64,000 nucleotides of DNA from Eukaryota sp. TZLM1-RC (GCA_040285825.1 JAUPSS010000003.1:2790001-2854000), one strand, 5' to 3'. Positions 50,527-63,065 are shown, numbered from the stretch's first letter. The notes: generated from the letters alone by a model not told the origin. A program made the numbers and translations.

Positions 50527-51081
50527 TTAGAAAACACGGGTTGGTCTTTCGGTACGGAAGTTCTTTCTGAAATAGCGATCAGAACTACGGACAATGTTAC
50601 GGACAAGTGGGAACTTGATACCAGAATCATGGAATTCCCTGACATTAGCACGGCGACAGTCTGATGATTTAACTTCTTCAATTCCAAGAATATGGATGGA
50701 AGAGAAGCGAGCACGATGACGACTGGCCATATCAGCATCTGAAATAAATACATGTAAAAAGGACATACACATTTGTTCAATGGCACCTACACGGGTGACA
50801 TCACGGTATTCACGTCTCATGTTGTGAGTACCACTACGTGAGTTGTATCGGACATAGACTACGAAATTCTTGGCGACTGTGGTCTTACCTAGAGGGAGTT
50901 CCTTACAGGCAAGAAGTTGACCAGCAGACTTCTTGACCTTATGTAACTTGTCGAGGTAGTACCAGAAGCGAGATCTGGCAACAACGACATTAGGGGCGAA
51001 AATGGTCATCTTCATGATGGGAGGGTTTTGCTCCTTATCGGAGGGAAGCTTCCTGCCAGCAACAAGGTATTCGTGCAACAT
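50527..51081 (-). CDS. RPL18A: 60S ribosomal protein L18a (eL20); in-frame 30-nt intron 50739-50768
   Basis: MLHEYLVAGRKLP..IFAPN..ARSRFWY, YNSRSGTHNMRREYRD, DMASRHRAR; intron GTATGT..TTTCAG. Confidence 0.95.
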   Translation of the reverse strand: MLHEYLVAGRKLPSDKEQNPPIMKMTIFAPNVVVARSRFWYYLDKLHKVKKSAGQLLACKELPLGKTTVAKNFVVYVRYNSRSGTHNMRREYRDVTRVGAIEQMCMSFLHVFISDADMASRHRARFSSIHILGIEEVKSSDCRRANVREFHDSGIKFPLVRNIVRSSDRYFRKNFRTERPTRVF

Positions 51082-51469
51082 CTCAACGTAGGAAGAAAGA
51101 AAGGAATTTTCATTCAAAAATACACTAACAATATTCAACATTAGTTCCACAATGTTGCTCATTCCAACAAATTCTAGGTCATTACTAGTACTCAATCGTG
51201 TCAAGGATCAACAATCAATCAACTCTCTCAGAAAAACAATTTTCTACCAAATGAGAATTACCAAAGCAGAATTAAATCATCAGGTACGTAATCAATACCC
51301 CATATACATCTTCAGAATAGGAACATAGTAAAAAAATTTCTAGTCTTCAAGGATCAAACCAAAAGCCAGACCTAGCAAAGTGGAAACAACTCCACCACCA
51401 CTTTTGTTTCCAATTTCTTGTTTCATTTTCATTTTCATCTCAAATTCTGATTTGCATATTGTTGATTCT

Positions 51470-52580
51470 ATTATGAAATCATTCAATGGTGTTAAACAAG
51501 GAGATTCTTTAAAACCTCTTTTGTTTTAACTGGCCATTCATCCAATTCTATGACAAATTCAAGCAACGTTTCCTTCCTTAAAAATGATTGCTTATATGGA
51601 TGATGTTGTTCTTATGGGTGACTTAACCGCTGTCAGAGAAGCAACTTTATGTTTTAAAGAACTATTCAACAAAATTGGCATTCGACTTCACTTAAATGTG
51701 TAATATATGGATTACTTTTCTTGCATTCGTTCAGAAAGTACCATCCATAGAGTTGCTAATGAAGATGCTACATTATACCAATCCATAGGTCCTGAGCTGA
51801 ATGTTCAAAAATGTTTTTGTATTTCTAGAAAAAATATTAAGTTAATAATTAATTCCCTGGAATTACCATTGATTGATTGTACTTCAACTAGTTTTTGCTT
51901 TCTTGGTTGTTATTTAGGTTCTGCCGAAAAGACACTTGATAATCTTAATGACTATTTGGGTTCATTTAAGAAAGAGTTTATTTTTAAATGACGATTAATG
52001 GACTACCGCTATGAGAATTTGTTGCTATTTATGGACTTGTAATTTGCCCAATGATCTGTTTTGCAAATGTGGAGCTCGTTTGACATTATCACATTTATTT
52101 AATTGCGACAGATTTATTTCTTATAGCTCCATTTTGCATGATGTTGTCACAATTCCATAAATTGTGTAATTCCTATCATACTGAATCATTTGTAGAGCTT
52201 TTGTTGAGGTTTGTTGATATCAATGAAAACGTAAGAGATTCAAAATATGGAAAACGACGTGCTGATGGTGTTGTTCCCTCATTTGATGATGTCTTGAATG
52301 TTGTTAATGATGTACCAAAGGATGTTTGCAAGAAAATGCCTTGAAAAATGTACAATTCGCAGTATCCCCCCTTGATGATTCATAATTGTATAAGCGGAAG
52401 AAATATGCAACTCCTTTGAAAAAATTGAAACATGCTCGCCATTTGGATTACGAAATTTGCCCATTTGTTATATCTTTGTATGGACGTCCTGGAAAAACTG
52501 TCATGAATTTTATTGACGATTTGGAAAATCTTGTAAAAAGAAGAATGAATAAGTGTTTTAATCGTCGTTTCTGGTGAATT
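51470..52580 (+). mobile_element. Mosaic of decayed non-LTR fragments
   Basis: GVKQGD, AYMDDV, then RRADG and PFVISLYG. Confidence 0.8.
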
Positions 52581-52639
52581 TTTTTTAAGATACATATTTT
52601 ATTCAAACAAGATTATCAAAAACTAAAAGTCAATCTCCT

Positions 52640-53540
52640 CATACTCCACATCTATTATAGAAAACTTACCTACAGCTTTTTCTTCATAAAATTTTCCTAA
52701 TAATAACAACGAGCTAGAAACAATACTATACATTCCCTTAAAAATGGAAAATACAATTCTGTTTTGCCAAAAGGTTCGGTCGAATATTCTTCCAGTTCTA
52801 ATTTTGACAATAGATCAGAAATCGTCCAAGAAAGATAGCGCAGTTTTAACCAAGCTTCCAATTAAAGAAAAAGCAAAAGGAAAAAGAATGTATTGAGTAT
52901 GTGAGTTGGAATTCAGATTATTGATTATTTCTGTATACTTAATAATTTTCGCTTCTTCAGCTCTTCGTAAAGGTGAGTTATAAGATTGTGCCAGTTTTTC
53001 ATTTGAGCTGTTTGATACATCAGTAGATCTGACATCAATAATGATCATTGATCCATCAAGTCCGGGCACTAGCACATCACCACGGCTGTCACCAAAAGAA
53101 TTTCTGCCAGATTCATCAGCCAAATTTGAAAGCAAAGGTCCTAAAAGAAGATTCAATCTTGTAGGATTTAAACATACAATAAAGCTGATCACGAACTGCA
53201 TCATGCACTTTTGATCCAAAAGTAATAAAACAATTACAATTAAATAAATGGGTTGGAGTGACAAACTTTTCTTTTGTTGAAGCTTCTTCACACGATACCT
53301 TAAATTAACTAAATTTCGTGGAGGAATCTCTTGAACTGACTCGGGAAAACATTGACACCAAATTTGTGGTGCAATTTTATTAATGGCAACATCAAGGTCA
53401 TACAAATATTTTGAAAATGATGGACTAAGCAAATGAATATCTTCAGGGAAACGATTGAGAAATTCAAAAATAAAATTTTTGCCACCTCCGACAAAAGCTG
53501 CTTGACAAAGAATTGAGGATTTGGTAAAATGAATGTATAT
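52640..53540 (-). mobile_element. Decayed RLE non-LTR 3' fragment (family C-like)
   Basis: RGDVLVPGLDG, KIIKY, PFAFSLIG. Confidence 0.85.
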
Positions 53541-54430
53541 GTATGAAAATGATCTTTATAATAATATATGCAACTCGTCTGTTTTAAATCAAGATCTCCA
53601 CTCATTGGGATTGGAAAAAGGTGCTTGTGAAAATCAGCCATCAGATTCTTCACTGTTTGTGACCTTTGTACCACGAAGATTTGGACTGTGTGCTAATCAG
53701 TAAGCGTTTGTAGCAAAAAATGGGATTATATTTGAATATCTCCATTAATCAATTATTAAAAGAAAATTGTTTTGTTCGAATTCATTACACCTCATTTTGC
53801 GTCATGCTCTGAATTGTTCGAAATTGATAACTTATCGTTCTTCATAACATAATGCTGTTAGAGACACTGTTTTTAATATGGCACGAACTACAAGAATTTC
53901 GTGTATCAAAGAGCCTCTGCTGAAAGAAACACCGTCATTGTATAATTTTGCTTCTGATGATAGAGGTGATATATACTGTGATTGGATTAAGACCTCTGAA
54001 CTTGTTGTTGACTTTGTCTCCGGTAATGTTGCAAATGAAACTTTGGCTCAAAGAAGAAAAGTTAATCCTGTAGATGCTCTTGAATTTAAAACCAAAGAAA
54101 ACCATAGAAAATATGACAAAGATATCGAAGAAGCTAATGCTGATAGATCTTGACCACTCGTTTTTATTGCTTTTTTATTTTCTATCAACGTAAGACTATC
54201 AGTAAAAGGAAGAAGTTTTTTGAAGAAAAAATAATGAACAGATTTGAAGTCTGTCTCTGGCGCTCTCGAATTCAATTTGCCATAATTTATAGATTGCCTC
54301 GTTTTTTTTTCAATCGAATTGGAGAGGGTTTAGTGAGACAGCAAGTAGATCAAGATTCTGTAGAGGAAAACTTGGTTCAATGAATTTCGTCCCATAAGTT
54401 CAGAGTTTTTGTCACATGTGGAAGTTTAAA
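53540..54430 (+). mobile_element. Decayed family-A 3' fragment
   Basis: Similar to 48145-49040. Confidence 0.88.
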
Positions 54431-54610
54431 TAGATTCATTTTGTCTCACATGTTTTTGAGAAATATGTACTAGATTTTCTATTCTGTCTTTTTGCTCAAT
54501 TTTGCTCAAAATAAACACTATTATTAAAACAAATACATTGACATCTTATTACAATGCTCACTCAATGTCTCTTTTCCATTTTGAAAAATTTACAATATAC
54601 ACTTTTTCAA

Positions 54611-55189
54611 ATGTCACCATTCCATCCTACTCAAGAGCTTTGCTATTTCTGTTTCGATTCTCTCCGCAATTATCTGGATCAGTCTGTAGAAATACGATCT
54701 CCCTCCTTTCCTAATGACTCTTTTTCACTTTTTGTAACCTGGACTAAACGTGGTTCACTCAGGGGATGTATAGGAACTTTCAAGGCACAGCCTTTGCACG
54801 ATACCTTGAAACAATATTCCATTATTTCCTCCCAGCAGGACTCTAGGTTTCCCCCTATTAAATCCAGCGAACTGTCTGATTTGGAAGTCTGCGTATCCTT
54901 ACTAGTTCAATATGAAGACGCATCTGGACCTTTTGATTGGGAAATTGGGAAGCACGGTATCATTGTGCAATTCAATGTAAATTCCATTAAATATCATGCT
55001 ACTTTTCTTCCTGAAGTGGCGGAGGATCAGGGATGGGATAAGAAAACCACACTGGCACATCTTGTGGCCAAGTCTGGTTTCTATGGCAAATTAGATGACA
55101 TCTTGGACCACCTTACCATTGTCCGTTACCAATCAGTCAAAGTAAAGTGTTCGTACCAGGATTATGTTGAAAGCTTTGAATCTTGTTGA
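54611..55189 (+). CDS. AMMECR1: AMMECR1 domain protein
   Basis: LFVTW, LRGCIGTF, DSRFPPI, WEIGKHG, ATFLPEVA. Confidence 0.93.
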   Translation: MSPFHPTQELCYFCFDSLRNYLDQSVEIRSPSFPNDSFSLFVTWTKRGSLRGCIGTFKAQPLHDTLKQYSIISSQQDSRFPPIKSSELSDLEVCVSLLVQYEDASGPFDWEIGKHGIIVQFNVNSIKYHATFLPEVAEDQGWDKKTTLAHLVAKSGFYGKLDDILDHLTIVRYQSVKVKCSYQDYVESFESC

Positions 55190-55332
55190 TTTTGTCTTTG
55201 TTATTTACTTTACTATAATTGTTTTCAATATCACTGTATAAAATCCAATGAAACACAAGTTTAATTTACAAATATTTACGAAAATGAATTGATTAATTGA
55301 ACAAAAAACAAGAAAACCAAAAGAAAAACGGG

Positions 55333-56262
55333 TTAATTTACGGTAAAATCGTCTCCAATACATGCCTTCTTTATCATTGGAGAATCCAAAACCTCACTTT
55401 CTAGGGTCCTACTGAGTTTCGACTTTGAAACAGTCTTTTTTTGCACCACGGGAGTTTTGATCACAGGAGATACCACATTGTTGACGCAAGAAGGAGGTTC
55501 ATCGAGAGGGTCTTCATCCAATAGCGGAGGTGGTGTACCCATAAACCTCTTTCTGAAAGCGGATCCAGAAAGCATAGGACTAGATGTTCCTGGTCTCTTG
55601 GGCGTTCTGTCAAGGCTATTCACAACAGGATTAGGTAGATATGCGGGAGAGTTGGGAGGTTCTCCACTAACTGGCTTATTTCCTACACTTGGTGAAAGAA
55701 GGGGCGTTGATGGTCTACATGGACTACCAAGCTCTGGATTGAGACGCTTGCTTCTGCGAACAGGAGATATAGCTCTTTTTGACCCTATGGATTCTTGGTG
55801 ACGCCGAGGAACTGACCGTTCGGCAAGGACAACCACTGAACCATAACCTTCGAGAGAGGGGTCTGGTTCAACCTGTTGTACTTTTCTACGTAGGTTTTTT
55901 GGTGTTTTTGGTGGTAAATGTGACTTTTTGGCGGAATTCTGCTCTGTGTGTGAGTTTTTTGAGGTTGTCTCAGCAGAAGTTTGTTCTGGTTGTGTTATAA
56001 AATGAGACTTAGCAGTTATTGGAGCTGGAGTTTCGATCGGCATAGAATCAGGAGATCGTCTGTTGTTTGTCTTACTTTCAGTTCTAGTCCTCGACGATGT
56101 AGAAGATACTAAGTGACTGCCTTTGGAGATGGGTGTTGCTTTACTTACAGAGGGAGTTTCCTTGAAACCGAGAGAACCGGCTGGACGTTTGACCCTGCGA
56201 CCCTTTAGCCTTCTCCATTCTTCAAGTTTAAGACGCATTTCATCTTGGACATTGTCAGACAT
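55333..56262 (-). CDS. Basic Ser/Pro-rich protein, possibly CKAP2-like
   Basis: RLKLEEWRRLKGRRVKRP and SPVRRSKRL recall CKAP2 C-terminal motifs; ATG at 56262. Confidence 0.5.
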   Translation of the reverse strand: MSDNVQDEMRLKLEEWRRLKGRRVKRPAGSLGFKETPSVSKATPISKGSHLVSSTSSRTRTESKTNNRRSPDSMPIETPAPITAKSHFITQPEQTSAETTSKNSHTEQNSAKKSHLPPKTPKNLRRKVQQVEPDPSLEGYGSVVVLAERSVPRRHQESIGSKRAISPVRRSKRLNPELGSPCRPSTPLLSPSVGNKPVSGEPPNSPAYLPNPVVNSLDRTPKRPGTSSPMLSGSAFRKRFMGTPPPLLDEDPLDEPPSCVNNVVSPVIKTPVVQKKTVSKSKLSRTLESEVLDSPMIKKACIGDDFTVN

Positions 56263-57700
56263 TATGGAGAAGTGCCAAGATAAAATTTTAAAATTCAAGT
56301 GTTTTTTTAATTTTTGTTGTTATCTTATACTTATTGAATTTAAGTAACAGATGAACGTTGAAATGGTAGCTTGATTCCTTCAAAAATATAAATACAGGGT
56401 TGAAATGAAAATAGTTCTGGTGATGGAACTTTTGTATTTGAAAATACAATTAAATGTGAATACTAATTTCAGGTATCAGAAGAAATAAATCAATTTGTTT
56501 TTTGGCCCATTGTCAAACTTTCAAAATAAAATATGATAAAGAAAATGAAAATCGCGTTGATATTCGGATTTGAGGTAACCGCCGTCAGGGAGATTTCGTC
56601 AGGAAAAGGATGATCAGGATGATTGCGTTTGCAAAGACCCGCACTTTTGAACTTTAGTTTTCTGAAGGAATCAAACTAGATAGAATAATTAGAAATTAAT
56701 ATTAGAAATTTGTGGCGGTCTCTAAGCATAAGGTCAGCCATCAATTTAACAGACCTGGTAAAGGCCATGTGTATAAGAAGCTCGATCGAATCTCTACATC
56801 CTGGCCGTTTGCTGTCTTGTTTTTGTCAAGAACAGGTCGTAATCATGCACTACCCACTAGTAGGCCTCTACAACAACTAGTGGATGCAAAGTGCGGCCAA
56901 CTGCAAGGCAACTACCAGCAGCTCCTGACTGATGGTCTTGTGTCGTGGAAACTTAACTTCTTCCGCTCGTATGCAGTAGGTTATAACTGCCATGCACCAG
57001 TCACTTAACCTTCAGGTCAAGACACTGGATCCAGAATTGATGCTGAGTCAGGAAATGACTGTCTTCAGGGAAGCGCACAGCGAAAACTCTGGCCATCAAA
57101 CTGCCGAGGTGAGCCATGGTGGTCACCTTGGTCAGCTGTCCATCAACGTAACCACACACTGGCCGCTCAAAGAACTGATGAAGGGAGCAGGCACGTGTCC
57201 ATCACTGCATAGTCCTTACTGAAAACGGAAGGTGCAGAGAATCAAAAATGATTCATTTCTCAGTATCAGTTACTTTTGAAATTTGGGGTATTTTCAACTG
57301 CTTACATCCACAAAACAATGAAACATGCACAAACTGATAAATAGACACATTTATGATAGATACTGGACATGCTTTAAGTATTTTCTTTCCTAAAAATAGT
57401 AAATTTGCGAAATTTGACGAAATTGTTGTTAGTCAAAGCAGTTGTTCGTTTGATCAAGGGTGTTGGTAGATTCAAAAAATTCGTAAATTTTCACAATTTA
57501 ATTCCTTTATTCAGAACAAACATGTTACCAAGGGAAGTCACAACACCCGTTTCTTCCTTCCCATTTCTTTCCCTCTTTGACAAAAAACCTTTTGCTCCTC
57601 GTTCAACTATATCTGAGTTCAACATGGATCTTTGTGGAACTGTTGGCTTTTCTATTATAGCGATTATAGGTTTCGTTCAGTGCGCTCACACATTGACTAC

Positions 57701-58365
57701 TTAACCTTCGAGAAATTTAAAGCCAGATATTCCAATATTACCAAAAAAAGAAACAGTAAATGGAACCAGCTGGTACTTTACATGCTCAACACGTCCTAGC
57801 TGAGATAAGGGCTTATTGCACTTTTTGATTTTGCTCTTTTCAGCAAAGCAGAGCAGAGTTTCATCTTTATTGGCAAAATCAATTGCTGAATCCTTATTAA
57901 CATCAACAGTGACAACAGCCACAACTTTGATCACACCATCAGACCAAGGGGTAATTAAATCAGCACGGCATTCCCCAAAAGTATTTTCATCTTCATTTTC
58001 AGGGGACAACCTACGCACAAGTGGTTCAACAAAAGCTTCAATGTGATGATTTTTGCACGTATCGTATAGTTGGTCTCTAACAGTATCGTGAACGTCTGAG
58101 CGATATGTAATATCAAATTTACAAACGAATAAATGATTCAGATTGACAAACTGACCACAACGACAAATCAAATCATTTGGCACACTGCATGGCCACAGAA
58201 AACACTTTATCCTGAAGGCAGTAGTAAATTCATGATCATTTAACAATAAACTATAAACATTTGGAATCTGGGAAATGAGACAACTTGAGCTACTTTCCTT
58301 AAGACCAATTAAAAAGTTCGCAAAAACGCCAACTTTTAGCTTCGACGCCAACTTTTTCCCCAAAT
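57701..58365 (-). mobile_element. RLE non-LTR fragment (family B-like)
   Basis: Similar to the C-terminal part of the 32806-34359 ORF. Confidence 0.88.
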
Positions 58366-58504
58366 TTGAACCGTAAAATAAAATCCCTTTGTTATACCTA
58401 AAATAGTTGTGATTTTTGGTCTGGTTTGTTTGGTGTGTATTGGTGTTGAACCAAACTTACAATCAGTCAATGGTGAAGGAAATTTAGACTATTTCTGTCT
58501 TCGT

Positions 58505-58645
58505 TTTATCGGTTTTTACAATCGAATAAGAGAAATTTCAGCTAGACAGCAAGCAGATCAAGATTTTGTAGAGGAAATCTTGGTTCAATGATATTTGTCC
58601 CATTAGTTATGAATTAATTTAATCAAATGTGCATGTTCAATAAAT
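58505..58645 (+). mobile_element. Family-A 3' terminus
   Basis: Matches 48930-49064. Confidence 0.85.
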
Positions 58646-58762
58646 AATAAAATTTAATCGAAACAGAATATATCTTTTTGCCTTTTATTCTCAAAGCAAA
58701 ACGAAATAGTCTAATATACAGTTTATTACAACTAATAATAAATATTAACAACTAATAACTAA

Positions 58763-61700
58763 TTACAACTTTTGTGGTGGTGAACTGCATTGATAGCCAC
58801 TAAGGTCACTCCTGAAAAGTCTAAAAAAATCAATATTCTTTACTAATTCATATTCCTCTTTGTCTTTAATACGGCATCTCTCCAATGCTAAATTCAATGC
58901 AGCAAGGTTGCTTTTTCTTTGCAAATGACTTATTTTTGGATTGAAAGCTCTTAAACCAAGACTTATCAATAACAATAAAGTTTGCTTTACCCCGAGACCA
59001 GGGTACACAAGGTCTTTTAGCTCATTATTTGTAGTGATTAGGTCAGAAATACGTTGAAAAGGTTCCAAAAACACGTGTTCAATATACTTTCCTATTGGCA
59101 GATTATTGATAGCATCATTGTCAGCAAATAGTAATCCATATTCAGGACAACTTGACAGCTTCTTGAAAAACAAAGAGGACAAATGAACGTATTTGAGGGG
59201 AAATCTCAAGAATTCTGTCAAATTCTCTTCATTAAATAAATCGAAAACGTTGCTATTGAACAAAACTAAAAAGGATTGGTCACCCCTTCTCCACAATCCT
59301 TTGCTAAGTTCAACTGGACATGCGGAATCAAAAATGATTGATGATCGATTGTTACTATTATTAGTAACAACTTGAGGTACTAAAGAGGGAGGCATAGCAA
59401 AAAGGGAAAATCCTTTAATACACGTGATAAACAGGTCAAAATAATCAATTGACACGTCACATAAGAGCTTCCCTCCTTCACTTTCCCTGACCTCGACTGT
59501 AGACGTCTCCCTTGGTAGCACCTGATCAGTTAAGGCAAAATGAACACAACATGCAGGAATGGTGACGAAGCTTTGATCTCTAATCAGTTGAAAAGAGTGT
59601 AGTTTATTTTTAACAAAATAGGTCTCAGAAAAAGAGTTGTCGCCATTGATTAAGTCACCAGGTTGAAAACGTAATTTGTTCAAAACATCAAGCGAAAAAG
59701 ATGAAATAGATTGGTTCTGGTCAAAAATAAAGAAGTCAAGAGACCCCACGTCATCAAAATGATTGATCACGTCAACATTATGACCTACCACCGAAACCTT
59801 GAAAGAAAGAGAGTATTGCTTGACAAGATCAACAACTTTTTCCACCCTGAATCCAGATAACGGATCCAAATGAAGTAATAATACGTTAGAATCAAAATTA
59901 AACAACACTCCCGCTCTCAGTAGGTCAAAAATAAGGTCAAAATCAGAGACGACCCCACAATACTGGTCAAGAATTTGTTTGACTAACTTGTTTGACGGAT
60001 TAGTTTTGAGATCTTTGACAATGACATCCAGGTTGAGAAACTTTGCCTCCATCGAACAAGCCATCATTTTTGATTGATTAGGGTCTAAAAGGCTCAAAAT
60101 CAAATCATTTTTGACCTTTCTATGGAGTTCTTGACGTCTTTTGATCATAAATTTTGGAAATTCACCCGAAAAATTCTTCAAAATTCTGAAGAATGGTTTT
60201 AAACTTTGAGGTTTGAGATTTTTCAAGATAATCCTCTTGGTTTTGAAGCCAAATTCAGAAAAATTGTCCCGACAATGGTCAAATAATTGAGATAAAGATT
60301 GAGAAAAAATAGCATGCTGAGAAGTCAAATTTTCCTTCAAAATGTCAATCTGCTCATCATGAGCTCTTCTCGATGCTTTAATCCAATCAAAATGATTGAT
60401 TAGCTCAAAATCATCGGAAAGTGTCACATCATTGATTGCTGCTGAGGTTGCCAGTCTTCCAAGAAGTGAATTGACATCTTCTTCGAGATAAATCAACATT
60501 GTAACATCAATTACTGAAGAAATCTGACGTAACCAATCATTCGTCCCAATCAAAATTGACTGACCTTCCGAACTGCGGTAAAATGATTTTATTTCATTAG
60601 TTGGTGGTGATAAAAGCACCAAGTTAAGCTTATTTTCAACTAATTTTCCAACCAAATATTGATTAACCTTGTCAAAAAACTCTGAAAATTTACTGTTGAT
60701 CTCCTCTTCTGACAGTTGATCCTTACTGTCTTCCTCATCATTTTGATTGGGATCTGATTGATTGATTGCAGTTAAAAACGTTTTCGAATCACAGTCACTA
60801 ATCACACTATTGTAGTTAATCAATTCAATAGACTTTCCAAAAGTTCGCTTGATTGGACCAGGTAATAACTTAGATTGGAAGTGATTGGAAGTGATGACCA
60901 AGACAGTTCTTTTTGGGGGCTTTAATTTCTTGAATTCTTTCAAAAAAAGATCAGGACTTTCAAGAAATAACTCAGCCATTCTTTTATTATAAAAGGAAAA
61001 AAATTGATTGTTGAATTGGTAGCAAAAGGAAAATTCATGATTCTTGACAATTTTGTTATCAAAAAGCATAGAAACTGGGCAATAACCATTGAATTCAAGT
61101 GAATTCTCCTTGACTTCATCAACTTTGAGCGGAATCACATAATTTTTGACCTTTCCCAAGACTTTTGAAGACCGATAGAACTTACTAAACAGTTTTTCCA
61201 ATTCCTTTTCCAATTTTATTACCAAGACAGTATTGGCAAAGGTTTCATGCTTTTTGGTAATACTGTCTACAAATGTGAAAAAGGACTCTGCTTCTTCATC
61301 AGGATTAACTAGTAAAATTACAGGGTTTAAATTAATTAATTCCGGTAACACAGAACTGATGTTATCGAGAGATATGGTGTTGAAGTATAGGCAAATTGAT
61401 TGATCATCAAATTTTGATTGGGGAAGGTTGTCGTGATCGAGCTGTTGATTGACAATCAAGGTGCAATTCAACTGTGAGGATACGATGTGCTGGTCCAACA
61501 AATTCAATCTTGAATCAGGATCTAAAATCAAATAATTTGATCGATTTGATTGATTGGTTGATTGAGCAGTTTGATTGGTTGCCAGTATGCTACTAATCAA
61601 CTTATGATTGCACACGTATTTTACTCGTTCTTCGTCTGGAACATTTGAATCCAACTTAATCAAACCCCCAGGAAACCAATCCATCAAAAGTTCAGAATAA

Positions 61701-62581
61701 CCAAGACTCACGTCATCATTTTGAGCTAAATCTTGAATGACAATTACGTTATAAGTTGCCAATTCTGTTAATAAGTCCCTATTCAATAAATAAGCCAAAA
61801 GATCAACAAAAACAACGCCTTGACCAGGCTTGACTGAACCGAGAAAGTTCAAGAAGACACGTGTAAAATCCTCACCATCCAGGTCAATCAAACCCCCATC
61901 AGTTGCCTTTTTACCCAACTCTTCATCAATCATAATCAAATCAATCACGTTAACCTTCCCAAACCCCAAAAAGCCACTTAGCCCATCACCAACCGCAGTG
62001 TCAGCGCAAAAAATAATGGTTTTCTTAAAGTTAGTAAACGAAAGTGGAGAGGTATAGTTGAAATGAGGGGGTAAAAGGGAAAGTAAATCGTGTGAAATGG
62101 CGACAGGTGAGCTGGCAGGGGTAGGTATCACGTCATCAAACTTGACATTCGATGACTTTGATTGAAGAAATGACCAAGCTTTTAAAGAGGCTCTGAGTTC
62201 AATAGATTGTTCGGATGGATTAAACAAGTCGTACACCATGGATGGAGTTACAGTCACGGTAGAGAAATCACCAGGAGTAGTAAGAGAGGGTGTGTGTACA
62301 GAAAAGTCAAGGCAAAGGAAGGAAACTAGGATGGGTAGGAGAGATGGATTGAGAGGGGTGAAGTGGAGGAATTCAGTAAACAGTGAGGTGTGGAGAGCAG
62401 AAGAAATGGATTTCGCGGTAATAGGTGATGTTAAGAGAGAACGAAACTCATCCTGACGGTAATTGAGTACAGCATCGTCATCGTTGGGAAAAAGGCATTG
62501 GGATATTGCAGAAAAGAGTAGTTCTACACCACTATCATCATCAGGTAGATTTGGACAGTATGTAGTTATCAACAAAGACAT
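58763..62581 (-). CDS. Large divergent adenylate kinase 9 (AK9)-like protein
   Basis: YHS-like FNGYCPVS..FLESP and CPVEL..FLRFPLKY repeats; C-terminal YPGL..LRAFNPK resembles the AK9 tail. Confidence 0.6.
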   Translation of the reverse strand: MSLLITTYCPNLPDDDSGVELLFSAISQCLFPNDDDAVLNYRQDEFRSLLTSPITAKSISSALHTSLFTEFLHFTPLNPSLLPILVSFLCLDFSVHTPSLTTPGDFSTVTVTPSMVYDLFNPSEQSIELRASLKAWSFLQSKSSNVKFDDVIPTPASSPVAISHDLLSLLPPHFNYTSPLSFTNFKKTIIFCADTAVGDGLSGFLGFGKVNVIDLIMIDEELGKKATDGGLIDLDGEDFTRVFLNFLGSVKPGQGVVFVDLLAYLLNRDLLTELATYNVIVIQDLAQNDDVSLGYSELLMDWFPGGLIKLDSNVPDEERVKYVCNHKLISSILATNQTAQSTNQSNRSNYLILDPDSRLNLLDQHIVSSQLNCTLIVNQQLDHDNLPQSKFDDQSICLYFNTISLDNISSVLPELINLNPVILLVNPDEEAESFFTFVDSITKKHETFANTVLVIKLEKELEKLFSKFYRSSKVLGKVKNYVIPLKVDEVKENSLEFNGYCPVSMLFDNKIVKNHEFSFCYQFNNQFFSFYNKRMAELFLESPDLFLKEFKKLKPPKRTVLVITSNHFQSKLLPGPIKRTFGKSIELINYNSVISDCDSKTFLTAINQSDPNQNDEEDSKDQLSEEEINSKFSEFFDKVNQYLVGKLVENKLNLVLLSPPTNEIKSFYRSSEGQSILIGTNDWLRQISSVIDVTMLIYLEEDVNSLLGRLATSAAINDVTLSDDFELINHFDWIKASRRAHDEQIDILKENLTSQHAIFSQSLSQLFDHCRDNFSEFGFKTKRIILKNLKPQSLKPFFRILKNFSGEFPKFMIKRRQELHRKVKNDLILSLLDPNQSKMMACSMEAKFLNLDVIVKDLKTNPSNKLVKQILDQYCGVVSDFDLIFDLLRAGVLFNFDSNVLLLHLDPLSGFRVEKVVDLVKQYSLSFKVSVVGHNVDVINHFDDVGSLDFFIFDQNQSISSFSLDVLNKLRFQPGDLINGDNSFSETYFVKNKLHSFQLIRDQSFVTIPACCVHFALTDQVLPRETSTVEVRESEGGKLLCDVSIDYFDLFITCIKGFSLFAMPPSLVPQVVTNNSNNRSSIIFDSACPVELSKGLWRRGDQSFLVLFNSNVFDLFNEENLTEFLRFPLKYVHLSSLFFKKLSSCPEYGLLFADNDAINNLPIGKYIEHVFLEPFQRISDLITTNNELKDLVYPGLGVKQTLLLLISLGLRAFNPKISHLQRKSNLAALNLALERCRIKDKEEYELVKNIDFFRLFRSDLSGYQCSSPPQKL

Positions 62582-63065
62582 CGACTAGTAGCACAAAGAT
62601 GCCAAAAAGAATACTGCTGTGGAGGAAAGTAGTTGATCTTTTCAAAAATTGAGTTCTATAATATACTTTAAGATACTCATCATCCAAAACAAAACAATTG
62701 TAATTACCATAAACAGAGATCCAGTGATCTCAGACAGGATAATGTGTGGTAAATAGTATCAATAATATTTGATTCCAAGACTATTCGTATTTGAGATCAT
62801 ATATACTTGCATTTCAAGTGCTCGTAACATCTATTCTTCTCACTCTGTCTCCCGACAATTTAATGTAATCCTGCACATAGATTTAGTTGGAAATCGAATC
62901 GTGATTTATTGAGTTTAATATTCAAAGGCCCAACCAAGCAATTACTAATGGAGGGTACAAAAGCAAGCAAATAAACAAACAAGAACAGATAAAATCATTT
63001 ATCCAAACAAAAAACCTATTAAATAATACAAAATACACGTCTTTACAAACTAAAAACCAACAAAC

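Noticed and set aside
51082-51204. N-terminal extensions in the ORF track (RPL18a; likewise TMCO1, MCRS1, AMMECR1)
   Set aside because: Mostly TTG/GTG starts (an upstream ATG for AMMECR1); family homology begins at the downstream ATG
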